In this document: in pieces, positions 1 to 10,840 of the stretch
Numbering within the stretch: position 1 is the first letter of the stretch
How the letters are laid out: the number at the start of each line of letters is the position of its first letter
Assembly (NCBI RefSeq): GCF_030684315.1
Contig: NC_081369.1
Coordinates: forward strand, 17,939,754-18,003,753
Length of the DNA: 64,000 nt
Direction of reading: 5' to 3'
Source of the DNA: Stegostoma tigrinum
Lineage: Eukaryota
Notes under the pieces: generated by a model
Told to the model about the DNA's origin: nothing
Seen by the model: only the letters and a program-made list of their open reading frames with translations
Database searches by the model: none
Translations under genes and position numbers: made by a program

Positions 1-107
1 AACTGATCGCGACTGGGAAAACATCAAAGAACAAAGAAACCTACAGCACAGGAACAGGCCCTTCGGCCCTCCAAGCCTGCGCCGATCAAGATCCTCTATC
101 TAACCTG

Positions 108-3044
108 TCATCTATTTTCTAACGGTCTGTGTCCATTTGCTCCCTGCCCGTCCATGTACCTGTCCAAATATATCTTAAAAGACGCTAACGTGTCTGCGTC
201 TACCACCTCCGCTGGCAATGCATTCCAGGCGCCCACCACCCTCTGTGTAAAGAATTTTCTTCACATATCTCCCTTAAACTTTCCTCCTCTCACTTTGAAC
301 TCATGACCCCTAGTAATTGAGTCCCCCACTCTGGGAAAAAGTTTTTTGCTATCCACCCTGTCTATACCCCTCATGATTTTGTAGACCTCAATCAGGTCCC
401 CCCTCAATCTCTGTCTTTCTAATGAAAATAATCCTAATCTACTCAACCTCACTGCATAGCCAGCACCCTCCATACCAGGCAACATCCTGATGAACCTCGT
501 CTGCACCCTCTCCAAAGCATCCACATCCTTTTGGTAATGTGTCGACCAGAACTGCACACAGTACTCCAAATGTGGCCGAACCAACGTCATATACAACTGC
601 AATATGACCTGCCAACTCTTGTACTCAGTACCCCGCCCAATGAAGGAAAGCATGCCATATGCCTTCTTGACCACCCGATTGACCTGCGTTGTCACCTTCA
701 GGGAACAATGGACCTGAACACCCAGATCTCTCTGTTCATCAATTTTCCCTAGGACTTTTCCACTTACTGTATAGTTCGCCCTTGAATTTGATCTTCCAAA
801 ATGCATCACCTCGCACTTGCCCGGATTGAACTCCATCTGCCATTTATCTGCCCAACTCTCCAGTCTATCTATATTCTACTGTAATCTCTGACAGTCCCCT
901 TCACTATCAGCTACTCCACCAATCTTAGTGTCATCAGCAAACTTGCTGATCAGACCACCTACACATTCCTCCAGATCATTTACATATATCACTAACAACA
1001 GTGGTCCCAGCACAGATCCCTGTGGAACACCACTGGTCACAGGTCTCCAATTTGAGAAACTCCCTTCTACTACTACTCTCTGTCTCCTGTTGCCCAGCCA
1101 GTTTTTTATCCATCTAGCTTGTACACCCTGGACCCCATGTGACTTCACTTTCTCCATCAGCCTGCCATAGGGAACCTTATCAAATGCCTTGCTGAAGTCC
1201 ATGTATACGACATCTACAGCCTTTCCCTCATCAATCAACTTTGTCACATCCTCAAAGAATTCTATTAAGTTGGTAAGACATGACCTTCCCTGCACAAAAC
1301 CATGTTGCCTATCATTGATAAGTCCATTTTCTTCCAAATGGGAATAGATCCTATCCTTCAGTATCTTCTCCAGTAGCTTCCCTACCACTGACGTCAGGCT
1401 CACCGGTCGATAATTACCTGGATTATCCTTGCTGCCCTTCTTAAACAAAGGGACAACATTAGCAAGTCTCCAGTCCTCTGGGACCTCACCCGTGTCTAAG
1501 GACACTGCAAAGATATCTGTTAAGGCCCCGGCTATTTTCTCTCTCGCTTCCCTCAGCAACCTGGGATAGATCCCATCCGGACCTGGGGACTTGTCCACCT
1601 TAATGTCTTTTAGGATACCTAACACTTCCTCCTTCCTTATGTCAATTGGACCTAGAGTAAGCAAACATCTATCCCTAACCTCAACATCCATCATGTCCCT
1701 CTCCTTGGTGAATACTGATGCAAAGTACTCGTTAAGAATGTCACCCATTTTCTCTGACTCAGCGCATAACTATCCTTCTTTGTCCTTAAGTGGGCCAATC
1801 CTTTCTGTAGTTACCCTCTTGCTCTTTATATATGAATAAAAGGCTTTGGGATTTTCCTTAACCATGTTTACCAGCAATATCTCATGTCCGCTCTTCGCCC
1901 TCTTAATCCCTCGTTCCAGATTCGCTCTACATTCCCGATATTCTTGCAAAGCTTCGTCTGCCTTCAGTCGCCTAGACCTCATGTATGCTTCCTTTTTTCT
2001 CTTGGCTAGTCTCACAATTTCACCTGTCATCCATGGTTCCCTAATCTTGCCTTTTCTATTCCTCATTTTCATAGGAACATGTCTCTCCTGCACGTTAATC
2101 AACCTCTCCTTAAAAGCCTCCCACATATCAAATGTGGATTTACCTTCAAACAGCTTCTCCCAATCTACATTCCTCAGATCCTGCCGAATCTTGGTATAGT
2201 CGGCCTTCCCCCAGTTTAGTACTCTTCCTTTAGGACCTCTCCTATCCTTATCCATGAGTATTGTAAAACTTACGGAGTTGTGGTCCCTATTTCCAAAGTA
2301 GTCCCCTACTTTAATATCAACCACCTGGCCGGGTTCATTCCCCAGCACTAGGTCCAGTATGGCCCCTTCTCGAGTTGAACTACATACATACTGCTCTAGA
2401 AAACCCTCCTGGACACACCTTACAAATTCTGCTCCGTCTTGACCCCTAACACTGAGTGGATCCCAGACAATGTTGGGAAAATTAAAATCTCCAATCACCA
2501 CCACCCTGTTTCTCCTACACCTTTCCATTATCTGTTTACATATTTGTACCTCTATCTCACACCCACTGTTGGGAGGCCTGTAGTACAGCCCCAACATTGT
2601 TACTGCATCCTTCCTATTTCTGAGTTCTACCCATATTGCCTCACTGCTTGAGTCCTTCATGGGGCCCTCCTTCAGTGCGGCTGTGATATTGTCTTTGACC
2701 ATTACTGCAACTCCTCCACCCCTTTTACCTCCCTCTCTATCCCGCCTGAAGCATCAATATCCTGGGACAACTAGTTGCCAGTCATGCCCTTCCCTCAACC
2801 AAGTCTCAGTAATAGCAATAACATCATACCTCCAGGTACCGATCCAAGCCCTAAGCTCATCTGCCTTATCTACTACACTTCTCGAATTAAAACAAATGCA
2901 CCTCAGACCACCTGTCCTTTTGTGTTCATCATCTGCTCCCCGACTACTATTCCCTTTAGTCACACTGACTCCATTATCTAGTTCCCTGCAGGCTTTCGTT
3001 TCTACCTCTTTTCTGTCCAATATTTGGTTCCCATCCCCTGCCAC
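108..3044 (-). pseudogene. CR1 ORF2 (endonuclease + reverse transcriptase), one frame with four premature stops
   Basis: ORF-track segments 2754-3044, 1770-2702, 876-1748 and 261-836 share one frame. Reading through the stops at 2754, 1770, 876 and 261 gives a continuous protein ending at TGA 110-108. Confidence 0.9.
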
Positions 3045-3046
3045 AT

Positions 3047-3548
3047 TAGTTTAAACCCTCCCCCACAGCATTAGCAAAAGCACCCCCAAGGACATTGGTT
3101 CCAGTCCGGTTCAGGTGTAGACCGTCTAATTTGTAATAGTCCCACCTTCCCCAGAACCGGTTCTAGTGTCCCAAAAATCTGAACCCCTCTCTCCTACACC
3201 ATCTCTCAAGCCACGCATTCATCCTGGCTATTCTTTCATTTCTGCACTGACTAGCACATGGCACTGGTAGCAATCCTAAGATTACTACCTTTGAGGTCCT
3301 ACTTTTTAACTTGGCTCCTAAATCCCTAAATTCTGCTTGTAGGACCTCATCCCATTTTCTGCCTATATTGTTGGTGCCTATATACACCATGACAACTGAC
3401 TGTTCGCCCTCCCCCTTCAGAATGTTCTGCAGCCGATCCGAGACATCCCTGACCCGTGCACCTGGGAGGCAACATACCATTTGGGAGTCCCATTTTTGAC
3501 CACAGAACCACCTATCTACTCCCCTTAAAATTGAATCCCCAATGACTA
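3047..3548 (-). pseudogene. CR1 ORF1 C-terminal SGNH/GDSL esterase domain
   Basis: Translates VIGDSILRGVDR...CCLPGARV...YIGTNNIG...FLGH*NRFWGRWDYYKLDGLHLN, giving the GDS, G, GxN and DxxH blocks of SGNH esterases known from CR1 ORF1. One internal stop at 3163. Confidence 0.85.
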
Positions 3549-3925
3549 GAGAGAATGTAGATGTTCTGCGAAGCGGTGGCCAAGTCTATGCTTCGTTTCC
3601 CCAGTGTAGAGGACACCACATTGTGAGCAGTGAATGCAGTAGACTAGATTCTGGGAAGTGCAGGTGATGTGTTGCTTTTATCGGGAAGGTATGTTTGGAC
3701 CCTTGGATACTGGGGAGGGAGGAGGTAAATGGGCAGATGTTGCGCCTTCACCGGTTACAGGGGAAGGTGCCGTAGGGCTGTGGCAAGGTGTTGGGGGAGA
3801 AGGAACTGTGGACCAGGGTGTCCCGGAGGGAACAGTCCCTGCGGAAGGCGGACAAGGGAGGACAGGGGAACATATGTCAGGTGGTGGCATCTTGCTGGAG
3901 GTGGCGGAAATGGCTTCTGGATGAT
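3549..3925 (-). mobile_element. Penelope-like element fragment (linker/GIY-YIG region), inverted arm
   Basis: Reverse complement parallels 3970-4120 and the younger PLE ORF (GTFPCNR..C, VYCIHCSQCG.LY.GETK.RLG). Confidence 0.75.
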
Positions 3926-3969
3926 CATCTGGTCATCCGTCACATATGTTCAGATGAGGTCAACTTCGA

Positions 3970-4708
3970 CAAGGGGCCCAAATATACCTTCCAGGTGAAG
4001 CAACGCTTCACCCACACTTCCCAGAATCCAGCCTACTGCATTCACTGCTCACAATGTGGTCTCCTCTACACTGGGGAAACGAAGCGTAGACTTGGCGATG
4101 CTCCACAGAACATCTACGTTCTGCTTGCAAAAAAGACCCTGAACTACCTGTTGCCTGCTACTTCAATGCACCACCCTGCTCATTGGCCAACATCTCAGTC
4201 TCTGGCTTGCTGCAGTGTTCTAGTGAAGCCCAATGCAAGCTGGAGGAAGAACACCTCATTTTCCACTTGGCGACCCTACAGCACTCTGGACTCAATATTG
4301 AGTTCAATAATTTGAGGGCCTAAACTCTGCCATGCCCTGCCCCCACCCCACACACCAGGCCTTGTTGCCCAATAGCCTGCCATTACACACCCCCTGCTGT
4401 TAGTCACTAACAGTCCCCATGTGCAACTACTCACCCTCCCAGCCTGATCGTTAGCAACTCCTTTGTCTGTCCAACTGTCTTTGTCTCTCTTTGGGCTCTA
4501 TTCTGTCATTTTAATCCCTACCACACCCACCTCCCTATTTTCTGCATATAATGTGATGTTTTCCCAGCCACCATTAGTTTTGAGGAAGACCAAAAAATGT
4601 TAACTCTGTTTTCTCCTTCACAGATGCTGCCAGACCTGCTGAGCTTTTCCAGCAACTTGGTTTTTGTTCCTGATTTATAGCAACCGCAGTTCTTTTGGTT
4701 TTTATTTA
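3970..4708 (+). mobile_element. Penelope-like element 3' part (GIY-YIG + pseudo-LTR + tail), older family
   Basis: Translates GPKYTFQVKQRFTHTSQNPAYCIHCSQCGLLYTGETKRRLGD, followed by a pyrimidine-rich pLTR with a decayed hammerhead-like motif near 4575-4605 and the conserved gatgctgccagacctgctgag segment. Confidence 0.8.
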
Positions 4709-5077
4709 AATTCCAGAGGTGAGCTAAGAGTGACAGCGTTTGACATCAAGACTGCAGTCCACCAAGTGTGACATTAATGTCCCTACTGCAGCTAGAAACA
4801 ATGGGGAGTAAATCACTCCAGTGGTTGGTTGTACAAAGTAAAACAGATGTGGTTGTTGGAAGTCAATCACCTTAGCCACATGGCATCACTAAAGGAATTC
4901 CTCAGGGTATGTTCTGGGCTCAACTGTCTTCAGCTGCTTTAATCCCTTTCCAACATCATAGTATCAGAAGTAGGGATGTTCATTCCCGATTGCACCATGT
5001 TCGCCACCACTGAAGAAAACCGTGCCAAAATCCATCAAGACCTGGACATCACTCAGGCTTGGGCTGATAATTAGCAG

Positions 5078-5410
5078 CATAGGAATGTAAGAAACCAGAG
5101 AAGGATAGGCCATTTGGCCCTTTAAGCCTGTTTTGCCATTCAATGAAATCTTCAACACTATTTTTCCGCACAATCCCTATATGACTTGTTGCTTTTAATA
5201 TGTAGAAATCAAGAGATTGCTGTCATGTAGAATCTCAACAACTAGAACTCCACAGTCTCTGGGTCACTACCTTATGAGTGAAGAAATTCCTCATCATCTC
5301 ATTCCTAAATGGCCTGCCCTTTATTCTTGTACAACATCCCCTGGTTCTAGAACAACTCCTTCAGGAGAAACTTCTTTCTGCAATGACCCTATTGAGGCCT
5401 GCAAGAATGT
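5078..5410 (-). mobile_element. CR1 3'-end fragment
   Basis: cataggaatgtaagaa...taggccatttggccc... matches the reverse complement of the CR1 3' ends seen elsewhere in the window. Confidence 0.55.
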
Positions 5411-5781
5411 AATATACATGGTATGCAAGTACCAGACAATGACTATCTCCACTAAGAGAGAATCTCACTAACACTCCTTGATATTTAATGGCATTACTAT
5501 CAACAAATCCCCCACTATAGAATATCTCTTTTTTTGGGAGTGGTGGTGTTTACCATAGAGCAGAAACTGAATTGCACCAGCTATACTGTGACTACATGAG
5601 CAATAAACTAACTTTCTATTTCCCCAATCCTGTCCACCATCTAAGATAAGTTGGCAGTGTGATGTAATACTCTCCCCTTACCTGTATTTCTATTTAAAAT
5701 TCACAACTAACAACATCATTCAGAATGAAGCAGCCCACTTGATACACACTCCCTCCACTGCTAGGGATAATGTCATTGAGG

Positions 5782-6116
5782 ATGTGATGGCCTAGTGGTA
5801 TTATCACTGGGCTATAAATCTCAATGACCCTGGTAATGTTCTTGGGATATGGGTTCAAATCCCACCATGGCAGATGGTAGAATTGGAATTCAATAAAAAT
5901 CTAGAATTAAGTGTCTAATGATGATGATCATGAAACCATTATCAATTGTCAGCAAAATCTGTCTGGCTCACTAATGTCCTTTCTGAAAGGAAACTGCCAT
6001 CCTTACTTGGTCTGGCCTATGTGTGACTCCAGACTCTTACAGCCCTCTAGGTAATTAGGGATGAGCAAAAAAAATGTCTGCCCAACCAGTGACATCCCAT
6101 GAATGAATATAAAAAT
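5782..6116 (+). mobile_element. tRNA-head SINE with LINE-derived 3' tail
   Basis: A-box-like TGGCCTAGTGG and B-box-like GGTTCAAATCC. The 3' end (ggtaattagggatg...catcccatgaatgaat) matches the tail of the second LINE family. Confidence 0.7.
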
Positions 6117-6724
6117 CTGTTAGTCGGTGGCAGCAGTGTTTACCTTTCGCAGGGTGCACTATGGCACCTCACCAAGGCTCCTTCTACAGCAACCTTCAAA
6201 CCCACAACTCTACTACCTAGAAAGAAAATGCAGGAGAACACAACCATCTGCAAGTTACCCCCCAAGCCATGCACCATCCTGACCTGGAACAATATTGCTG
6301 TTTCATTGCTAATGTTGGGTCAAAATCCTATAATTCATTACAGCTGTATAGATACACCTATATTCCAAGGAATGCTGCAGTTCAAGAAGGCAGTTCATCA
6401 CTACATAGCAATAATGTCTAACAATTAGTTTTAGTCTACATCTCAAGAATTAATAAAAAGAAAATAAACTTGCAAGGCTACAGAGAGGTAGAGAAGTGCA
6501 AGAGGTTGGAGTAATGATCAATGATATGTTATGAATTTAATGGGCCAAATGGGCACGTTCTGTGCCATAATGACTCAATTATTCTATGGCATAATTCACC
6601 ATTCTGAGACAACAGTGGCAATAAGGTCGCTTGTGTGTTCAATCACAGAAATGGGACCAGTTAAAAATATGCATTTGCGGTTATCCATTACTAGATGAGC
6701 CCGAATAAACTGGAGAGCCCAGAC

Positions 6725-8513
6725 TGGCAAAAGTAGACATTGGGCCGCTCCCAATTGATGCTGGAAGGCTAGTGATGGGAGATAAGGAAATAGCGGAAGA
6801 ACTTAATAAGTACTTTGTGCCAGTCTTCACAGTGGAAGACATGAGTAGTATCCCAACAATTCAGGAGAGTCGGGGGCAGAGTTGACTATGGTAGGCATTA
6901 CAAAAGAGAAAGTGCTAGAAAAGCTAAAAGATCTAAAAATTGATAAATCTCTTGGCCCCGATGGGCTACATCCTCAAGCTCTGAGGGAGGTGGCTGAGGA
7001 AATAGCGGAGACGTTGGTTATGATCTTTCAAAAGTCACTGGAGTCAGGCAAAGTCCCAGATGATTGGAAAATTGCTGTTGTAACTCCCTTGTTTAAGAAA
7101 GGATCAAGGCAAAATATGGAAAATTATAGGCCGATTAGCCTAACCTCAGTTGTTGGTAAAATTCTAGAATCCATTGTTAAGGATGAGATTTCTAAATTCT
7201 TGGAAGTGCAGGGTCAGGTTAGAACAAGTCAGCATGGATTTAGTAAGGGGAGGTCATGCCTGAAAAATCTGTTAGAATTCTTTGAAGAGGTAACAAGTAG
7301 GTTAGACCAGGGAAACCCAGTGGATGTTATCTATCTAGGCTTCCTTTGATAAGGTGCCTCACGGGAGGCTGCTGAGTAAAGTGAGGGCCCATGGTGTTCG
7401 AGGTGAGCTATTGGCTTGGATTGAGGATTGGTTGTCTGACAGAAGGCAGAGAGTTGGGATAAAAGGCTCTTTTTTGGAATGGCAACCAGTGACAAATGGT
7501 GTCCCGCAGGGTTCAGTGTTGGGGCCGTAGCTGTTCACTTTATTTATTAATGATCTGGGTGAAGGGACTGGGAGCAGACTGGCGAAGTTTGCCAATGATA
7601 TGAAGATAGGTGGACAAGCAGGTAGCACTGAGGAGGTGGGGAGGCTGCAGAAAGATTTAGACAGTTCAGGAGAATGGTCCAGGAAATGGCTGATGAAATT
7701 CAACGTGAGCAAATGTGAGGTTTTGCACTTTGGAAAAAAGAATACAGGCTTGGACTATTTTCTAAACGGTGAGAAAATTCATAAAGCAGCAGTACAAAGG
7801 GACCTGGGAGTGTTGGTCCAGGATTCTCTAAAAGATAACTTGCAGGTAGAGTCCATGATTAAGAAAGCGAATGTAATGGTGTCGTTTATCTCAAGAGGGT
7901 TGGAATATAAAAGCAGTGATGTGCTTCTGAGACTTTATAAAGCTCTAGTTAGGCCCCATTTAGAATACTGTGTCCGATTTTGAGCCCCACACCTTAGGAA
8001 GGATGTACTGGCGCTGGAGCGTGTCCAGCGGAGATTCACACGGATGATTCCTGGAATGGTAGGTTTAACCTACGATGAACGGCTGAGGATCCTGGGATTG
8101 TATTCATTAGAGTTTAGAAGGTTGAGGGGAGATCTAATAGAAACTTACAAGACAATGTATGGCTTAGAAAGGGTGGAGGCTGGGAAGTTGTTTCCGTTAG
8201 GCCGGGAGACTAGGACCCGTGGGCACAGCCTTAGAATTAGAGGGGGTACATTTAAAATGGAAATGAGACAACATTTCTTCAGCCAGAGAGTGGTGGGCCT
8301 GTGGAATTCATTGCCACGGAGCGCAGTGGAGGCCAGGACGTTAAATGTCTTCAAGGCAGAGATAGATAAATTCTTGATCTCACAAGGAATCAAGGCTACG
8401 GGGAGAGTGCAGGGAAGTGGAGTTGAAATGCCCATCAGCCATGATTTAATTGGTGGAGCGGGCTCGATGTGCCTTACTTCCACTCCTATGTCTTATGGTC
8501 TTATGGTCTTATG
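6725..8513 (+). mobile_element. 5'-truncated CR1 LINE (RT + 3' UTR + (TCTTATGG)n tail)
   Basis: ORFs 6882-7349, 7600-7983 and 8044-8514 contain KSLGPDG, NYRPISLTS, QHGF and LVRPHLEYCV. The tail tcttatggtcttatggtcttatg lies at ~8490-8513. Confidence 0.93.
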
Positions 8514-9150
8514 ACAATCTCTTGCCATATCCCAATGTCTCCTCCACCTGTGTCTGTGCTTGGATAAGGCTCACCTTAATTCATATGCAATTACACTTTC
8601 AAAATCCCAATTAGAGAATGTGGCCCTCCATTTGACACAGTATTTCTACAGCTGCAACAGTTACTCATTTGCACTCTCAGCTCTGCCTTTGATGCTCTGG
8701 TCCCCACTAAAACCATTCCTGTCATCCTGACTATTCCTCCTGGTCATCTGTGCTTCCTTAAATCCAAAGTGATGCAGACTTGAAACGATATGGCAGACAA
8801 ATGGTTTAAACATTTGCTATTGGATCCGGCTAGACCACACAAGGCACTATTGAATACTATAGTCATCTGCTTTTACTGCTCACTGTTTCAGGATCACACA
8901 AAGATGATCCCTGGCTTTGAAACATAATAAATGGGAATGACTCAAAATAATCAGCTGAGCCTGCACCATCATTCAGTAGGATCATTACTGATCTTAGACT
9001 TCAGCTCCACTTTCCCATCTACTCCCCAGACCATTGAGTCTCCAAGAGACCAAAAATCTGCCTATTGCAGCTTTAAACATTATTCAGCAATGGAGTAACC
9101 ACAATGCTAAATGGATTCTAGCCAGGTGGCAAACTACAAAGTATGACAGA

Positions 9151-9299
9151 GATAACAAGGTGTGGAACTGGATGGGCACAGCAGGCCAAGCAGCATCTTA
9201 GGAGCAGGAAAGCTGACGTTTCAGGACCTGCTGTGTTCATCCAGCTGCACACCTTGTTATCTTGGATTCTCCAGCATCTGCAGTTCCTGTTATCTCTGA
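9151..9299. mobile_element. Short fold-back Penelope pLTR-end insertion
   Basis: An inverted pLTR end is followed by a forward pLTR end with tail. Flanked by the imperfect direct repeat tacaaagtatgacaga (9135-9150) / tacaagttatgacaga (9300-9315). Confidence 0.8.
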
Positions 9300-10239
9300 T
9301 ACAAGTTATGACAGATTTTTTTCCCCCTTATCAATGGATTGAATTACAAGATGTGCCACTACAGATCCCTGTCTCCAAAAGACTAACTCCTCCTGTTTCT
9401 TCTAATAATCTGTCAATAAAATCAGCAGCCAATGAGATAAACAAATTATCACTACTGTTATAGAGGTACCTAACTATTATTATAACTTAAAACGGAAAAT
9501 TAAAGTAACATTTCCTGAGGATGATAACGCACTCTACAAGTCCCTTTTAATACTGTCCTGAGTAGTCCATTACACTTGATATTCTCAAGCAATCACCCAT
9601 CCAAGGACTTACTGTGTGCATTTTTGTACGTATGGTGGATTATCACTTTAAAAGTCTTATTGCATGATGTAATGATGACATTATTAGCTATTTTGGGCAG
9701 GAACAGCTTAGTCGAACCACATTGCCTGTAGTGTAAACATCTGCATAATAACATTCCTGCTGTTAACATTTTGGATTGCTGGCCCTTCTTGGAACTTATC
9801 ATAAGAAGAAAACTGGTGACGAGATCTACTGGGTCAATACACCCAGAGGTGCTTCTATAAAAAGAAGAAAGTAGGTCAAAAGATGCCATTAATGATCCGA
9901 AGCATGTATAGTCAGTGAGGCAAAAACAAGCAGAATTCACCACAGGGAAGAGGTGAATAGTCCAGGAAAAGCTTGTCACGTACTCTACCCTGAAGGAACA
10001 CTGTGAGTAATGATACTCTACATGGAGGGAAATCTTTTTGAGCTATGAGCGCAGACTTGGAAAGAAACAAGGCACATTGAACAGACATGTTTGAGGAAGA
10101 AACATAGACACCCTACAGACAAAGTATAAAATTTGAAGTGTCGGAAGAAAATCTCACAGTACAAAAAGAGCATGAGAAACACCCACATTCTCAGTTTCTA
10201 GAGAAGCTGTTATTAAACATACTGGCCATTGCTTGTGAC

Positions 10240-10430
10240 ACCAACTGATACTGTGTCACTCCCTTACTGAATAGCAAACTGGTAAGTGTAGAGATGGATA
10301 CCAGAGTAGAGGTTTCATTGATACCTGAAGGTGTATATTTGAAGCAACTGACTCACAAGATGCTGCAACCCTCAAAACTTGTACAAAGAATGTACAGAGA
10401 CAAAATGGTGCATTTTGAGGGGTTGTATCA
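10240..10430 (+). mobile_element. Decayed Gypsy-type LTR retrotransposon aspartic protease remnant
   Basis: LLNSKLVSVEMDTRVEVSLIPEGVYLKQL...LQPSKL resembles the retropepsin pattern (V.MExDTGA.VSLI.E..Y), with DTG changed to DTR. Confidence 0.55.
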
Positions 10431-10434
10431 ACTT

Positions 10435-10840
10435 GACAATAGCACTGTTCCCTCCATCATAAGGTCAGAGGTGGGATATTCTCCAATATTGCACAATGTT
10501 CAGCACCATTCGCAACTCTCAGACACTGAAGCAGTCCATGTTCAAATGCAACAAAGCCTAGACAATATCCGACCTCAGGATGACAACTCATAAGTAACAT
10601 TTGCGCCACACAAATGCAAGGCAATAAACATTTTCAAGAAACATAAGAAACAACATAACCACCACCCCTTTGACATTCAATGACATTATTATTGCTGAAT
10701 TCTCCACTATCAATGTCCTGGGAGTTAACATTGACAGAAAGTGACTGAACTTGCTACCTTAATACAGTGGCTACAGGAGTAGGTCTAAAGCTAGGAATCC
10801 ACTTCGGAGCTCTCCAAAGGCAGTCCACCATCTACAATAT
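10435..10840 (+). mobile_element. CR1/L2-group LINE (second family) RT fragment
   Basis: PSIIRSEVG...DTEAVHVQMQQSLDNI is homologous to the 63621-63890 segment. Confidence 0.7.

Larger units (their letters stand above)
21..3548 (-). mobile_element. CR1-group LINE, 5'-truncated inside ORF1, with complete ORF2 region and 3' tail
   Basis: ORF2 pieces carry APE endonuclease motifs (CFNSRSV, IAITETWL, GLYYRPP, IGDFNFP, ILDLVL, DHN) and RT motifs ([45 protein letters not shown]). A short (GTTCTTT)-like repeat tail lies at ~21-40. The ORF1 esterase lies upstream. Confidence 0.95.
4735..6450 (+). mobile_element. Decayed CR1/L2-group LINE (second family), RT to 3' end, interrupted by other repeats
   Basis: DIK.A...VW and PQG..LGP..F remnants. 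The 3' segment cagttcaagaaggcag..cac is shared with copies at 18985-19430 and 62953-63890. Confidence 0.65.
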
